A stretch of DNA of 64,000 nt from the NCBI GenBank assembly GCA_976551045.1, contig CDPCPM010000103.1, positions 20,398,001 to 20,462,000 of the forward strand, read 5' to 3'. This stretch comes from Glaucostegus cemiculus (taxonomy: Eukaryota). This document shows positions 45,752-58,951 of this stretch, piece by piece (position 1 is the first letter of the stretch; every line of letters begins with the position of its first letter). The position numbers and the translations under genes are program-made. The notes beneath the pieces are model-generated. The model worked only from the letters and a program-made list of their open reading frames with translations, did no database searches and was not told the origin of the DNA.

Positions 45752-48700
45752 ACTTCACTGTAAAATCAATGTAGAACGTGAAGTCAGTTGCAAGTTGAAC
45801 TACTGGCTCTATGCCTTCATTACACATCTCCTTAGAAGGTACAAAGCCATGTTACTTTCTAACTATAATGTTAAATAACTGCTAATTGGAGTCTTTGTAT
45901 TTTTTAGTAATAACATTTCTTCCTAATATACAGTAAACAATTAGAAGGGATTAGCTTTTGTTTAGATGACGACAAAGGAGGTCCCAGGTAAAGCCAAAGT
46001 CAAAAAGTCAAGGTTGAGCTTATTGTCATATACACAACATTCATAAGGAGCAGACTTTTGTTTAGTCATCCTCATAGAAGCATTTGCAAGCAATGTCTGA
46101 AAATATAACTTCTGAGGGAAAGAAAGAAATGAGTAACATAATTGTGAGACAAAGGAAGCAAACATAATGAAAGATTGTCTTAAACAGTCAGAAGTTTATA
46201 TCTGTTACTCAGGCCTTTAATTTTCAGTGCTGTGAAGAAGATGCAACCAAATTGTAAGATACTCTTCACTTTTGCAGCTCTGGCTTTGGATCTCACTATT
46301 GTAAGACCTGGGGAGGGTCTCCACATGGATTGATACCAAACATGAGGTAGCACAATCACAACAATGACCACATTTTACCATGGTCACTTTCTGTTATGTG
46401 GAGATTGCCTGCTGTTCCTGGTGAGAAAGCATTAATGGTGTTTCAGCAGGTTCAAAAAGAGAAACCATGTCTAGAGGGTCCCATATTAACAAGGAAACCA
46501 TCTAGGAAGCTCAGTGGGGTAGCTTATTTGGTGGGTTGAATTAAAGTTAGCAATTATTTTCTTTTCATAACACCCACCATTACAAAATGGAAGCAGTTTT
46601 GAGGAGGACTTGATTCCGGCTTGATGGATTTCTTCACCCTATTTAATGTGACAAAATTGGCTTTATTACTGAAAAAATATTCAATTTTTTGACAATCATG
46701 CATACTGCTTTCATTGCCATTTGATGTAGCACATTTTGCAATTATAGTTGCCACACTGCAGGCTTATAGTCGTAGTTAGGAGTCCAAGGACATTTGCCTG
46801 AGCCCACGCTTATGATCCATTTTGAATGTCCTTGGGTATGATCTAGAGAATGGTGTGTTGAGGAGGTGGTAAGCAGATCTGAAGCACAAGATCAAATGTG
46901 ATTATATTGAATGCCAGAGTAGCTTGAAGAGCTAACCCCTGCTTCTGCTTTTGCACCTTTTATCTTGACAGCCACGTTTAGTATATGTGGAAGTGTTCCC
47001 TTCCTTTTGCTGCTTACATCCAATCTACAAAAGTCTAGATAATATGTTTGATTGTAAGAACTCCAAGAAGGACAATCTATCTTCATCTGACCTTCTGCAG
47101 CAGAACCTCAAAAAGTGCTCACCAATAAGAGCTTTGAACCCTTGCTCTGGACATTTTGATACCTTTTAAATTCAGGACATGTCTAAGGCTGACTAACAGT
47201 GAACTTAGCATTGCTAGTAATGGATAACTTGCCACTTGTCCCTGATGTTAACGTTGATAAATAGAAAGGTGTCACGTTATAATTGGAGTTCAGGTCATTT
47301 CATAGTATATGTGAGTAACATTAAAAAGCCATCAGTTTCTTAAGATTTTTTCATGTAAAAATTATAAACCCAAATGTAGAATCATGCACAAAACACAAGC
47401 TAGTAAGCCAAAATGAACACTCATACTAGAACCTTAATCTTTATAAATGTAGAGGCTTTGTTCTTGGATTCAATAGCCCAAGATATAAAATGTACTTGAC
47501 ATTCCTAAGAAAGATTAAGGAAAGAAAAATATGAGTACAGTTGAGTTAAAATAATAGATGAAATGCACCTCAGTCTTTTTAAAGTGCGCTGAATGACATT
47601 AATACACAAATAGCTTTCATCCTTACTTGAAAAGCCTCTATCAGATAATCAATTAATCTTCAGAATCTATTTCCTCCCTTTTGAGTTGAAATACACAATC
47701 ACATTACCTTGCCTCATTGACATATTAACAGATGTGTCATATCAAAGAATTTCAAAGATTCTCTGAGCAATTTGGAAAATGAAAAGATTGTTGGAGGCTT
47801 CTTCTCCCTTTCTTAAGGTCTTAGTAATGTTAAAACTAATAAAACTTTTACCATTGAAAAAATGGATTGTCTTGAAGTAAAGTGGCTGCTAGTGAGTGAA
47901 GGACTTTCAATGAGTTAGCTATGGAATATAGCACAGTATCTCTGGAATTGTAGTTATGATAAATGTTGTGACTGAAGCTATATCTGGGAGATTTAAAAAT
48001 CAACTGCAATTTCAATGGCTATAATGACCTAATTTAACATTTTGAATGTAGGCAGGGTAACTTTGTGGAATTACATATATACAATGGTAGCACATCCCAA
48101 CTAACAGAACCTCTCTGAATATTCAATACTGGTGGCTGGTCCCAAAGCTTCTGAGCATAAATTTCAGACACCCAAAACATACCTCTTTTGTTACAGTTAT
48201 GGGGGATGGCTCCTTGAATATGCAGCTACCCAGGATATTAAGTGACAAAATTGACCTGCCCTGAACTGTGCATTAATTGGCAGCGATATGCCTTAATGAT
48301 GCGTTAATACAGGAGATGGTCACTTAATGCCTTCCCTGATCTCATCCTGAAGTTTTCATTGACCACCAATTAAAATGAACATTCATCCATCATCTTCCTC
48401 TGCGTAGTTTCGATGGTACACAATCAAAATGTCCCACAATCAATGATTGGTTTCAATAGCCTTAATGTATCAGTTGAAGTTAAATTGTGGACAGGTTTTA
48501 TTTCCTGAAGACTGGTTCACATCTTAATTAATATCTGCTATCCATACTTTTATAACTCCAGAATAATCCCTTACAATATGCATAATGGGTAAAATTCTTG
48601 AAAAAACTATAAAACATTCATTTGAGCTGGTGGTAGTTAGTTTTACAAAGTTCACTGTAACCACAATGTCAAGGGTATTATTCATGTACCTGATAATTAA

Positions 48701-49719
48701 AATCTCAATGGGTCACACTTCAAGCAATCCGTTGAATTACATTCAAAGATATTCATTCCATTCTTGATCCTTTGATTATATGTATGTTTCTCAGTAAAGT
48801 ATATTCAATAGGTATGCACAATTAAACAGCTTTCTACAATATGTTAAAATTTACAAGTATTATTGAGGCTTTTAACTTTTGGAATGGTTTGCACACATAG
48901 TTATGGCAGAAATATAAATTAAAAACTATAATGTGCTGATCTTATAAGAGTAGACACATGTCTGATGGAGTTCCTCTATATATCAGTTAAGCTAACTTTT
49001 TCAGCACCACTGAGTATTAAACATAAAACGTAAGCACATATTTAATCATTTATTTTAGTTCTGCAACTGAAATAATACCAGGTTAACAATGTCCACAAGT
49101 GGACTATCTCTTCAGAAAATTCACCTTTTAAGACTGGGTTGCTGCTTCTTAGATTAAAATATATATGCAGTTCTTATCCATACAGAGCTTTTTTAAAGCT
49201 GTGTTTTGGTTAATTAACTAAAATATTATTTTACATCAATTAAGGATGCTTCATATTAGGTTTAGTTAGCAACTATAGTGAACTGTTCTCTTCTCCATCA
49301 TTCTCCGTACTCAACCAGAAGCTTGAGGGCACAGGGGATCTGTACAAATGAACTTTCCTAGCCATAGTTTTCCAATTCACTTCACAGCCTCTTCCTTTCA
49401 TTTGACCTATTATCTTGTAATATTAGTAGAATTATTATATTAAAAAAAGGCATGAAGTTTCACTAAGAAAAGCAGGTGACAATTTTATTTGAAGCAAATA
49501 CCTATAGATGCTGGAAATCTCAAGCAGAAAAAACCCCAAAAAAATAAACCAGAAGCATTCAGCAAGTCAGGCAGCACCTGTGGAGAGAGAAACAGCTCAC
49601 ATTTCAGGTCAAAGACCTTTCAGAACACTTACCCATTTATATGAAATTTCTGCAATAGTTATTAAATGAAAAGGTTACCAAAACATTACTAACATTGCTA
49701 CGTTAATGATACTAAATTG

Positions 49720-50612
49720 AGTGGAAAAACAAATTGTGCAGAGGATGCGGAGTATCTGCAGAGAGATATAGATAGGTTAAGTCAGTAGGCAAGGTCTGGC
49801 AGATGGAGTACAATGTTGGTAAATATGAGGTCTTCCATTTTGGAAGGAAAAATAGAAGATGAGGTTAGTACCTAAATGGTGAAAGCTTGCAGCATGCTGT
49901 TGTGCAGAGGGACTTAGGAGTGCTTGTGCATGAAATGCAAAAGGTTGGTTTGCAGGTGCAACAGGTTATCAGGGAGGCAAATGGAATGCTGGCCTTCATT
50001 GTTAGAGGGAGAGAGGTTTTGCTGCAACTGTACAGAGTACTGGTGAGGCTGCACCTGAAGTACTGCATGCAGTTCTGGTCTCCTTACTTGAGAAAAGATA
50101 TGCTGGCTTTGGAGGTGGTGCAGAGGAGGTCACCGGGTTGATTTCAGAGATGAGGGGGTTAGCCTATGAGGAGAGATTAAGTTGCCTGGGACTATACTCA
50201 CTGGATTTCAGAAGAATGAGAGAGGATCTTATAGAAACATATAAAATTATGAAAGGGATAGATAAGATAGAGGCAGGAAGGTTGTTCCACTGGTAGGTGA
50301 GACTAGAACTAGGGGATATAGCCTCAAGATTCAGGGGAATAGATTTAGGACAGAGATGAGGAGAAACTGCTTTTTCCAGAGAGGAGTCAATCTGTGGAAT
50401 TCTCTGCCCAGGGAAGCAGTGGAGGCTACCTCATTAAATATATTTAAGATACAACTGGATGAATTTTTGCATAGTAGAGGAATTAAGGGTTATGGGGAAA
50501 AGAGAAGTAGGTGGACCTGAGTCCATGGCCAGATCAGGCATGATCTTACTGAATGGCGGAGCAGGCTCGATGGGCCAGATGGCCAACTCCTGCTCCTGTT
50601 TCTTATGTTCTA
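49720..50612 (+). mobile_element. CR1 3' fragment
   Basis: QRDLGVLVHE...LKYCMQFWSPYLRKD, with tail ctcctgctcctgtttcttatgttct. Confidence 0.9.
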
Positions 50613-50872
50613 ATGTTAACTTGCATGAGTTCAACAATTTATTATTTCCATTGTCATTATAATGTAAAAATTTCAATACCTTGATGTTTAATCATTTTCA
50701 TTTGATGGTAGTGATCTCTGAAGCAAGGTGGTAATATAAACCTGCTTTTACTTGTCAAAGAAAACAAAGGCTTGCATTTATATAGCATCTTTCATGTCAC
50801 TTTCAGAATACCCCAAAGCTGTCAATTAAGTACTTTTATGTGCATTCACAGAAGCTAATGGTGTAATGACTC

Positions 50873-51905
50873 AGAATCAGAATCAGATTTATTATTACTC
50901 AGGTATGACGTGACATTTGTTGTTTTGCGGAAGCACTACATTGCAAAGACATAAAAATCCATATATGAAATAATAAATAAATAGTGCAAGAATAAAGATA
51001 ATGAGGTAATGTTCATGGGTTCATGGATTGTTCAGAAATCTGATAGCAGAGGGGAAGAACCTGTTCCTGAATTGTTGAGTGTGGGTCTTCAGGCTCCTGT
51101 ACCTCCCTCCTGATGGCATTAATGAGAAAAGGGCATGTCCTTGATGGTGAGGGACCTTAATGAAGGATGCTGCTTTCTTGAGGCACCGCCTCTTGAAGAT
51201 GTCCTCGATGCTGGGGAGAGTTGTGTCTGTGATGGTGCTGGCTGAGTCTACAAACCTCTGCCACTTTTTGCGATCCTGTGCATTGAAGGCTCTAAACCAG
51301 GCTGTGATGCAACCAGTCAGAATGCTCTCCACTGTACAGCTATAGAAATTTGTAAGAGTCTTTAGTGACATACCAAATCTCAAACTCCTAACAAAGTAGA
51401 GTTGCTAGCATGCCTTCTTTGTGATTGCATCAATGTGTTGGGCCCAGGATAGATCCTCTGAGATGTTGACACCCAGGAACTTGAAGCTGCTCACCCTTTC
51501 CTCCTCTGACCCCTGAATGAAGACTGGTGTGTGTTCTTCACTGAAGTCCACAATCAGTTCCTTGGTCTTGCTGACATTGAGTTTGAGGTTGTTGTTGAGA
51601 CACCACTCAACCAGCCGATCTATCTCACTTCTGTAAACTCCTCCTCACCATCTGAGACTCTACCAACAACAATGGTGTCATCGGTGAATTTAATAGATGG
51701 CACTTGAACTGTGCTTAGCCACACAGTCATGAGTGTAGAGAGAGAAGAGAAGTGGGCTAAGCAAGCATCCTTGAGGTGTGCCTGTGTTGATAGTCAGTGA
51801 GGAGGAGATCTGCACTGACTGTGGTCTCGCAGTAAAGAAGTTGAGGATCCAGTTGCAGAGGGTGGTACAGTTGCCCAGGTTTTGAAGCTTGGTTATTAGT
51901 ACTGA
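50873..51905 (-). mobile_element. Rex1/Babar LINE fragment
   Basis: [16 protein letters not shown]...PQGCLLSP and FYSCTVESILTGCITAW. (GATTCT)n tail at 50873-50888. Confidence 0.9.
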
Positions 51906-52246
51906 ATGCAAGTATCTTTGCAACACATTCAAAATTAACTCCTCATCTATTGAGTAGCTCCCACCAAATAATAATACAAACAGCAGGACCTAAGAGATTG
52001 CAGATGCTGGAATCATCCAGGTACAGGATCTGAATCTGAAACGTCGACAATTCCTTTCCCCACTCAGATGCTGCCCCACCTGCTAAGTTCCTCCAGCTGC
52101 TCTTTTAGAAATATAAATAGTTATTCTGCTGCAACAAAAACAGAAAATGCTGGAACCATTCAGCAGGTCGGGCAGCATTTGTGGAAAGTGAAACAGGGTT
52201 AAAGTTTCGGATCCATCTGGCATGCTGTGTATTTCCAGCACTTTCT

Positions 52247-52850
52247 TGCACATGTGGTTGCTGGTCACTTCAGCTCCCCCTCCCACTCCATCACTGATAT
52301 GTCAGTCCTTGGCCTCCTCCACTGCCAGGAGAAGTCCAAACACAAACTGGAGGAACAGCACCTCATTTTCCACCTTGGGACCTTACAGTCTAATGGCATA
52401 AACATTGAATTTGCCCACTTTAAGTAAATCATCTCCGCCTCCACCATGCGCCTTCTTTTCTTCCATTTCCTAGCCTACCTTTCTTTTTATCTCCTCGCCA
52501 ATATTCCTCCCTTTTCCTATAGGGTACTGCCTCCTTACCTTTGACCCATTTCTGCTGGTGGCTCTGCTCTCCCCTCCTCCCCCGCACCTGCCTATCACTA
52601 TCTCATACCTGCATCTACCTATCACCACCTTGTGCCCACCCCACCTCCCCTCTTTTGTCCACCTATCACTGCTCTGTTTCTCCCCCCTATATATTGGGCT
52701 TCCCATTTTCCTATCTTCGGTCTTGAAGAAGGGTCCTGACCCGAAACGTTGACCGCCTGCTTCTCTCCACACATGCTGCCTGGCCTGCTGAGTTCCTCCA
52801 GCATCATCGTGTTTTTCATCTAGATTCCAGCATCTGCAGTCCTTTATTTC
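52247..52850 (+). mobile_element. Penelope-like element 3' fragment inserted in an older PLE fold-back
   Basis: HFSSPSHSITDMSVLGLL...EEQHLIFHLGTLQ. Same family as 26331-27569. 13-bp TSD tccagca(c/t)tttct at 52234-52246 and 52851-52863. Confidence 0.88.
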
Positions 52851-54209
52851 TCCAGCATTTTCTATTATTTAAGATTTCTAGCGTCTCCCAGTTTCTTTAT
52901 TGATTTTTATTCTGCTACAGCGTTGATTTGTATTCATTTGTGCTTTTGTTGTTATATTTTTTTCTGTCAGCTGTTTATCCCTTTAAACAGCAAGGTCATT
53001 TCTTCCCTTTGCTCACTCACGGATAATTTCACAAGACTCATACAGTTCTTCTCTCTTCAGTGTAATGAGTTCATGATGGGACAGATGGCACCACTTAGAT
53101 TCGCCTTAAAAACGGAAGGCATTCCTGTTCATTATTCTTTGCCCCTTTCCCTTCTCTTTTCTATCTTATCTTACTATGTGGATTCTCTTATAATTTTATC
53201 ACAACTTCCATATTTTTGGCTTGTTTCTCTTTGATTCATTCCTTTCAACCCGATTCCTACTCTGGTGCATTCTCCGTGTATGGTCTTCTGCTTCATTTAT
53301 CTACTTACATCCCTGGTACCACGGCAACTATGGTATCAGTGAGTCATTTAAATCTTCCTTTGGGAAGAAATTATGTAAATCGACATCAGTAGGTGATAAG
53401 ATCATATGTGTGCTGCTAATTATGCAAAAGCTGTATCAATGGACGCATCCGATAGATTAAGAGTTTCATAAAAGAATGTACAACAAATATAGCTGACAGG
53501 TCACTGTTCCCATATAATGATGTTAATTATAGATCAAGCTGATGCTCAGGGTTCAATGTTAAACCTGCTGGAACAATACCATTTTAAAGGGGGTTCTCAT
53601 GCTCTGAAATTCGTAAAACAAACATAAGGAATGGTTTCTGCCGAAATCAAAAGCTTTCTGCAGATTTGGAGTTCCATTTAACAAAACGACTGTACCAACT
53701 AGAGTATATGCAAGGGAATTTGATGAAATAAGTGGCAGCAGCTAAATTAAGTTGTGGGTTTTGCAAGCAAGCGAGTTATCGTGCAATTTATTTCAAATAA
53801 ACCTCTATTCCCTGTGCTACATTGCATCCGCTGACACGGGTCTCCATTATCAGTTATTAAATGAGTTTCAACTGAACTGTATTGGAATGAACTGCGCACA
53901 GATTTACGAGCGGACAATGCGGAGAACAAATCCTTCAAAACATCTGCCCAGGGTCCCACCATCTTTTAAAACAAGTGAACTGCATACAATTTTATATTTG
54001 TTATGAGCTGCAAACAGCTCTATTTATATTTAACGAGGGAGCATTGCGGTGCAATGGTGTAAAAGGGAACGGGCAGTTTTGGGTGTTAGTTTGGATAAAG
54101 TAAGCTGCCTTCCAAGTTTGGAGAACAAACCGTGCTTATAACTAACATTAATTCGTGCAACCCAGCGTCTAAAGTGATTTGGGATGGCATTATATCAAAT
54201 GTAATTTAA

Positions 54210-54600
54210 AGTGCAGCGTGAGGTGCTCACGCCTTAGAACAAAGTCTGAGTGGGTGACTGGCGCACACGAACAGCGCTCCCTGCGTAGAACCCCCTACAC
54301 TGGGCACCGGCGAGCCAGCCGGGGACCCCCGGGCAGCGCTGCTCTGATTGGCTGCCGGGCGGCTCAAACCACCTGACTCTTGACGGATGGCTCCGGATTG
54401 TCCGTTGTTTCGGAGCGTCACTTCCTGCGGCGGTAGGCAGTAGGCGGTAGGCGGCGGGTGAGCGTCCGGTGAGGCTCGCGGGCAATGTGTCAGTCCCGGG
54501 GCGCGCGCCGCCTGTCAGCCCAGAGCACGCGCCGGCCGGCTGGTGGCGCCTCCAGTTTGCAAGGGGCGCAATGGACGGTGCGGTAAGTCAACAGTTTCCC
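54210..54600 (+). promoter_or_regulatory. OTUB2: CpG-island promoter and 5' UTR of OTUB2
   Basis: The only strongly GC/CpG-rich island in the window. Inverted CCAAT box ctgattggct at 54344-54353. ETS-CRE-type composite gcgtcacttcctg at 54415-54427. Confidence 0.8.
54571..54582 (+). CDS. OTUB2: OTUB2 coding exon 1 (MDGA)
   Basis: Strong Kozak context gcaATGG, followed by the consensus donor GCG|GTAAGT. Phase 0, in frame with the exon at 61227. Confidence 0.7.
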
Positions 54601-55244
54601 TTTGCTTCCGTTAAGATGGCATGTTGGGGGGTGGGAGGGAAAGGAGTAGCAGGATTAATAAGGGTTTGGGATCTTTTTTTTGGGGGGGGGGGGGGTGGAG
54701 GAGGGGTGGCAGGTGCATGATTGCAGTTGCCATCATTTCACCAATGGGGTTGGCATCATTGGCATATGTTACACGCAGCTGACGTGCAGCGGGCATAACC
54801 TCGCCTATTGGCAAACTTGTGTATTGTGTGGTTAATCAGCTGTCAGCGATGGGGATCCAAGACCTTCTGTCCAAACAGGATGTGTAGGACGTGTCCAAAA
54901 GTCTTTCTTTATATAGTGGCGTATTTTTCATGCTGTATCAATTAGTATTTTTCAAGGTAAGAAATATTGGACAGTTAGTTCATGAATTACGATGGCAGCC
55001 AAAAATAGTGTTGCTTATTGTTCTTCTTTAGGCTTGCTCATCAAGTCAATTGAGTTTGTTTTTTTAAATGCAGAACATTTTTAATGGAGGCAGTCACTGT
55101 CTTTCCAGTTTGAATGGAAGATGTGGGTTTAAGCTCTTTCTCTACTATCCCTATGACACCCCATATCCACACCTCAGCAGAGCATTACTTACTCCACCCA
55201 TGTAATTCTTCCTTTCTTTTTTACACAGTAATTGCAATCAAGTG

Positions 55245-55440
55245 ATTGTAGGTGTTGGAAATTTGAAATAAAGAGGGTTCTGGAAATTCTCATCAGATCA
55301 GGTAGTGTCTGTGGAGAGAGAGAGACAGAATTAATGTTTTGCATCAGATTCAGATGACGGGTCACTGGATTGTTAACTGTTTTGCCCTTAGAAGCTGCCT
55401 GACCATCTGAATATCTTCAGCATTCTGTTTTCACTTCCAT
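55245..55440. mobile_element. Old PLE-derived fold-back mini element in OTUB2 intron 1
   Basis: Degenerate inverted arms (ctggaaattctcatcagatcagg / cctgaccatctgaatatcttcagc) around cagatgacgggtc. Confidence 0.55.
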
Positions 55441-55649
55441 TTTACATGCTTGGTATCATAACGGCCTCTTAATAAATTTGCTAGTTAGGGTGGATTTTTT
55501 TTATATAGCAAGCTCCAGAAATGTCATTGCTAACCTGGTGTGGCACTCAATCATTTAATATTAATGGCATCTGGTCTCTCTGTGTTAGAGAAATCAACTG
55601 ATGGATACATGTGACATTAAAGCAGTTATATTTGGTCCAGCCATCAAAT

Positions 55650-57385
55650 ATTCACAGAGTTGTTATGGTATAGATGTTGGCCATTTGGCCCATGGAGCTT
55701 GTGCTGACTATGATTAAAGCAACCCTGTCAGTCCTATTCCCCAGTTCCTTCTCTAAACCCCTGCAGCTTATTCGTTCTTTGGTATTTTTCTGACTTTTTG
55801 AACCTAATACATAGCAGGCGTTATTTGTTCGATCCCCTTGTATTTTCTGCTCCATTAAATAAGATCATAGCTGATGTTTTACCCTGCCGTCACTTAAGTA
55901 TGCTAACCCCACATCCTTTATTCTCTTATATTTTAAAAACTATTGATCCCTGTGTTGATTATAGTGAGTGACTGAGCCTTCAGTCTTCTTTGCTAGAGAT
56001 TCCAAATACTCCCCTTGTTTGTTGAATTTCTCTTTATTTTCTTGAATATAATCCCCTTATTTTGAGATTGTGACCTAGGTTCTGGACATCCCACTCGGGG
56101 GAAGCATCTGCTAAGCACATCCTGTCATGGCCCCCAAGAAATTTGTTTCAATGAAGTCATGGCTTGTTTTTCCAGATCTGAGATTATAGGCCTACTCTGT
56201 TTAATCTCATAATGTACACTAAACCCACCACACCAGGAATCACTCTGGTGAACCTTCATTGCCCTTGCTGTATCATAAGTATTTCCTTCCATTGATAGAA
56301 AGACAAGACCTGTACACCATGTTTCAGATTTGTTATATCAGGGCTCTGTTTAATTGAGGTTGGATATCCCTACTCTGGTACTGGTGATCCCCCTGTTGTG
56401 TGGGTGGTGAGGGTGGTTGCATTCCTAGAAAATGGTCCATGTAACAATTTTCAGTAAGGTGAAGCTGCATCATCAGAACATGTGTCAAGCAAAGCGAGTT
56501 GAAGAAAAAATAAATTGTGTTTATTTATATTTTTTAATAAAATTCATAAGAGAATTTTTTAGAATTTTTATTATGTATCACAGATTTTTTTGGTAGTGAT
56601 TTGTGAATTTTGCAAGGGTAAATTTCCTTTACATGAACTGCCATAATGCAGGGGGTCGTCTGTACTCAAGTCTTCTTGCAGTAAGTGCCATTGTAACGCC
56701 TTCTTCCCTATCGCTTGTGGCATCTGCACTCTAACTTTCTATGATGTGTGCAAGGATACCAGGTCCCTTTGAACATCAATAACTTTCATTCTTTTACCAT
56801 ATAAAGAGAAACCTTTCTATTTTTTTTTACCAAAGTGGATAATCTCACATTTTTCCATATCCTTGCCCATGGATATGGGCATCCCTCTGTATCCTTCCCA
56901 CTGTCCAAACTGTCTTCCAGTTTTGCATCATCAACCAACTTGGATGCATTTGGATGACTTACGTCCATGTCATTGCAATGGATAGTGAACAGTTAGGGTC
57001 AAGGCATTGACCCCTATGGCACCACACTAGTTGCAGCCTCCCATCTTGAAAGTGACCTATTTACTTCTGCTGTGTTTTCTGTCTGTTAACTAATTCCCAA
57101 ATCTCTGCCTGTATAATACCTCAAATGTTCCAATTCTCCAAGTTTGTTAATAATCTCTTGTGTGGCACCCATCAATGGCCTTCTGAAAATCGAAATACAT
57201 CATAACAAGAAGTTATCCTTGTCTATTATGTTGTTTACAAAACGATTTGTCAAACATGGTCTTCCATCCAATAATCTATGTTGATTCTGGACAATCCTAT
57301 TATTTTCTAAATGCCATGTCACCACTTCTTTAATTATGGGTTCTGGTACTTTTCGTACTACTGATGTCATGTTGACTGGCCAACA
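55650..57385 (-). mobile_element. Degenerate CR1 fragments
   Basis: An SKLVDDAKL (KFADDTKL-like) remnant and antisense CR1 tails. Confidence 0.7.
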
Positions 57386-58044
57386 TTTTGCATTATTGCC
57401 GCCTTCCTCCTCTCTTTAGCTGAAGGTAGCAAGGGTAACCCACGACTGGTGCTGTAATTCAATTCCCGTTATGAATGCTACTTGCATCGAGGTAAAGCAT
57501 CATATTCCTTGGCTAACTTAATTCTGAAAATATAACGAGACCTAGCCTTCATGATGAAATGAGGTTAATTGAAAAATGAAACAGTGTAGAAACAAACATA
57601 ATCCAAGCTTTTAAAATGAAAGATTCAACAGCATTTATGTAAATACATTGTGCAATGTGCAAACTTCATTTTGCCTTGTGGCATTTTTCCCTGCTCTGAC
57701 TCTAACTGGGGGGCATACTCTTATTTGTGTGTATTGTCTATTCCTGACAGATTGTGGCTATTGTAACCCAGTTTACTATTCTGCACCATTGCTTGTTCCT
57801 TTCTCTTTAATTTTCTTAGTGTTACCTCACCAGAACCTCTTTCCCAGCTATTTAGTTTAAGGCCTTATATAGGGCCTTTCATAAGGCATGAATCTGAAGT
57901 GAAACTTAAATAAAACAGTTCCCTCTTTTCCCAGTACTGATGCCACTGCCCCATGAATTGAAACTCACTTCTCCCACAGCCATTTTTGAATTATGGATTC
58001 AAGTCCTAGAAAAATACATCAAGGAAATGGCCCACTGAGACTGT

Positions 58045-58300
58045 ACTGCCCATTTACACTAACCCTACATTTTTAAACATTCTCTCCACGTGCTTAACTC
58101 TCTTGATTCTATCACATTCCTACATACCAGGGCAATTTACAGTGGGCAGTCAACCTACCAACCTGAACATCTTTGGGATGTGGGGGGGGGGGGGGGGTTG
58201 GAAACTAGAGCACCCAGAGGAAACTCAGCTGGTTACAGGGCACTCAAGGTCAGTACCCAGGTGTCTGGCAGTGGCTCTACTAGCTGTGCTGGTGTGCCTC
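58045..58300 (-). mobile_element. Old V-SINE (another copy at 63040-63290)
   Basis: Antisense V-core gggcaatttacagtgg...ctttgggatgtggg...ggaaactagagcacccagaggaaac. Confidence 0.7.
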
Positions 58301-58594
58301 TCAAAGGCAGTGCCTGAAAAGAGATATGAACTCTGAACGAGCCTGATGTTCTACCAACTAATTCCCTATGGCAGTTTGAATGCAGCTCAGTTAACGGTCC
58401 AGATGCTATCAACTCTGTAACTTTGCTTTTTAATTTGGGCCCTAGCTGCTTATATTCCTTCAAATCAGCCATTTTTTTTGTCATACCTGTGTTACTGGTT
58501 CCCACGTGGATCACAACTATTTGATCTTTCCCCTCCCACCAAGTTTCTCTCCGAGCTGAGGAGATGTCCTTAATCCCAGCACTGTAGCTTTTAG

Positions 58595-58951
58595 TGGGCC
58601 CTCATGACCTACCCACCACCTCCCTCCTATTCTCCACCTCCTTCCCTTTATTCCATGGTCTACAGACCACTCCTCCTAGATTCCTCCTCCTCCACACCAT
58701 TTGCCTCTTCCACCTATCACCTCTCAGCTTCTTGCATCGTTCCCTTTCACCCCCCCCCCCAATCCCACTCACCTACCTTCCCCTTCTCACCTGCCAGCCA
58801 GTGTTCCTCCCCCACCCCCTGCCTTTTTATTCTGACTTCTGCCCTCTTCCTTTTCATTCCTGACGAAGGGTCTTGACTCGAAACGTTGATTGTTTATTTC
58901 CCTCTGTAGATGCTGCCTGACCTGCTGAGTTCCTCCAGCATTTTGTGTGTG
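58595..58951 (+). mobile_element. PLE terminal-repeat insertion with an intact hammerhead core
   Basis: Perfect 12-bp TSD tgtagcttttag at 58583-58594 and 58952-58963. Tail gatgctgcctgacctgctgagttcctccagca. Confidence 0.88.
58855..58892 (+). ncRNA. Minimal type-I hammerhead ribozyme motif (PLE-associated)
   Basis: cattc-CTGACGA-a-GGGTC-tt-GACTC-GAAA-CG-TT-gattg: both conserved cores, stem II and a palindromic AACGTT stem III. Confidence 0.7.

Noticed and set aside
46180-47170. Short ORFs between CCDC197 and OTUB2 as a possible additional gene
   Set aside because: No homology recognised and no coherent exon chain.
54469-54720. 83-aa ORF across the CpG island
   Set aside because: It reads through the strong GTAAGT donor into an intronic poly-G tract. 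Only MDGA is likely coding.
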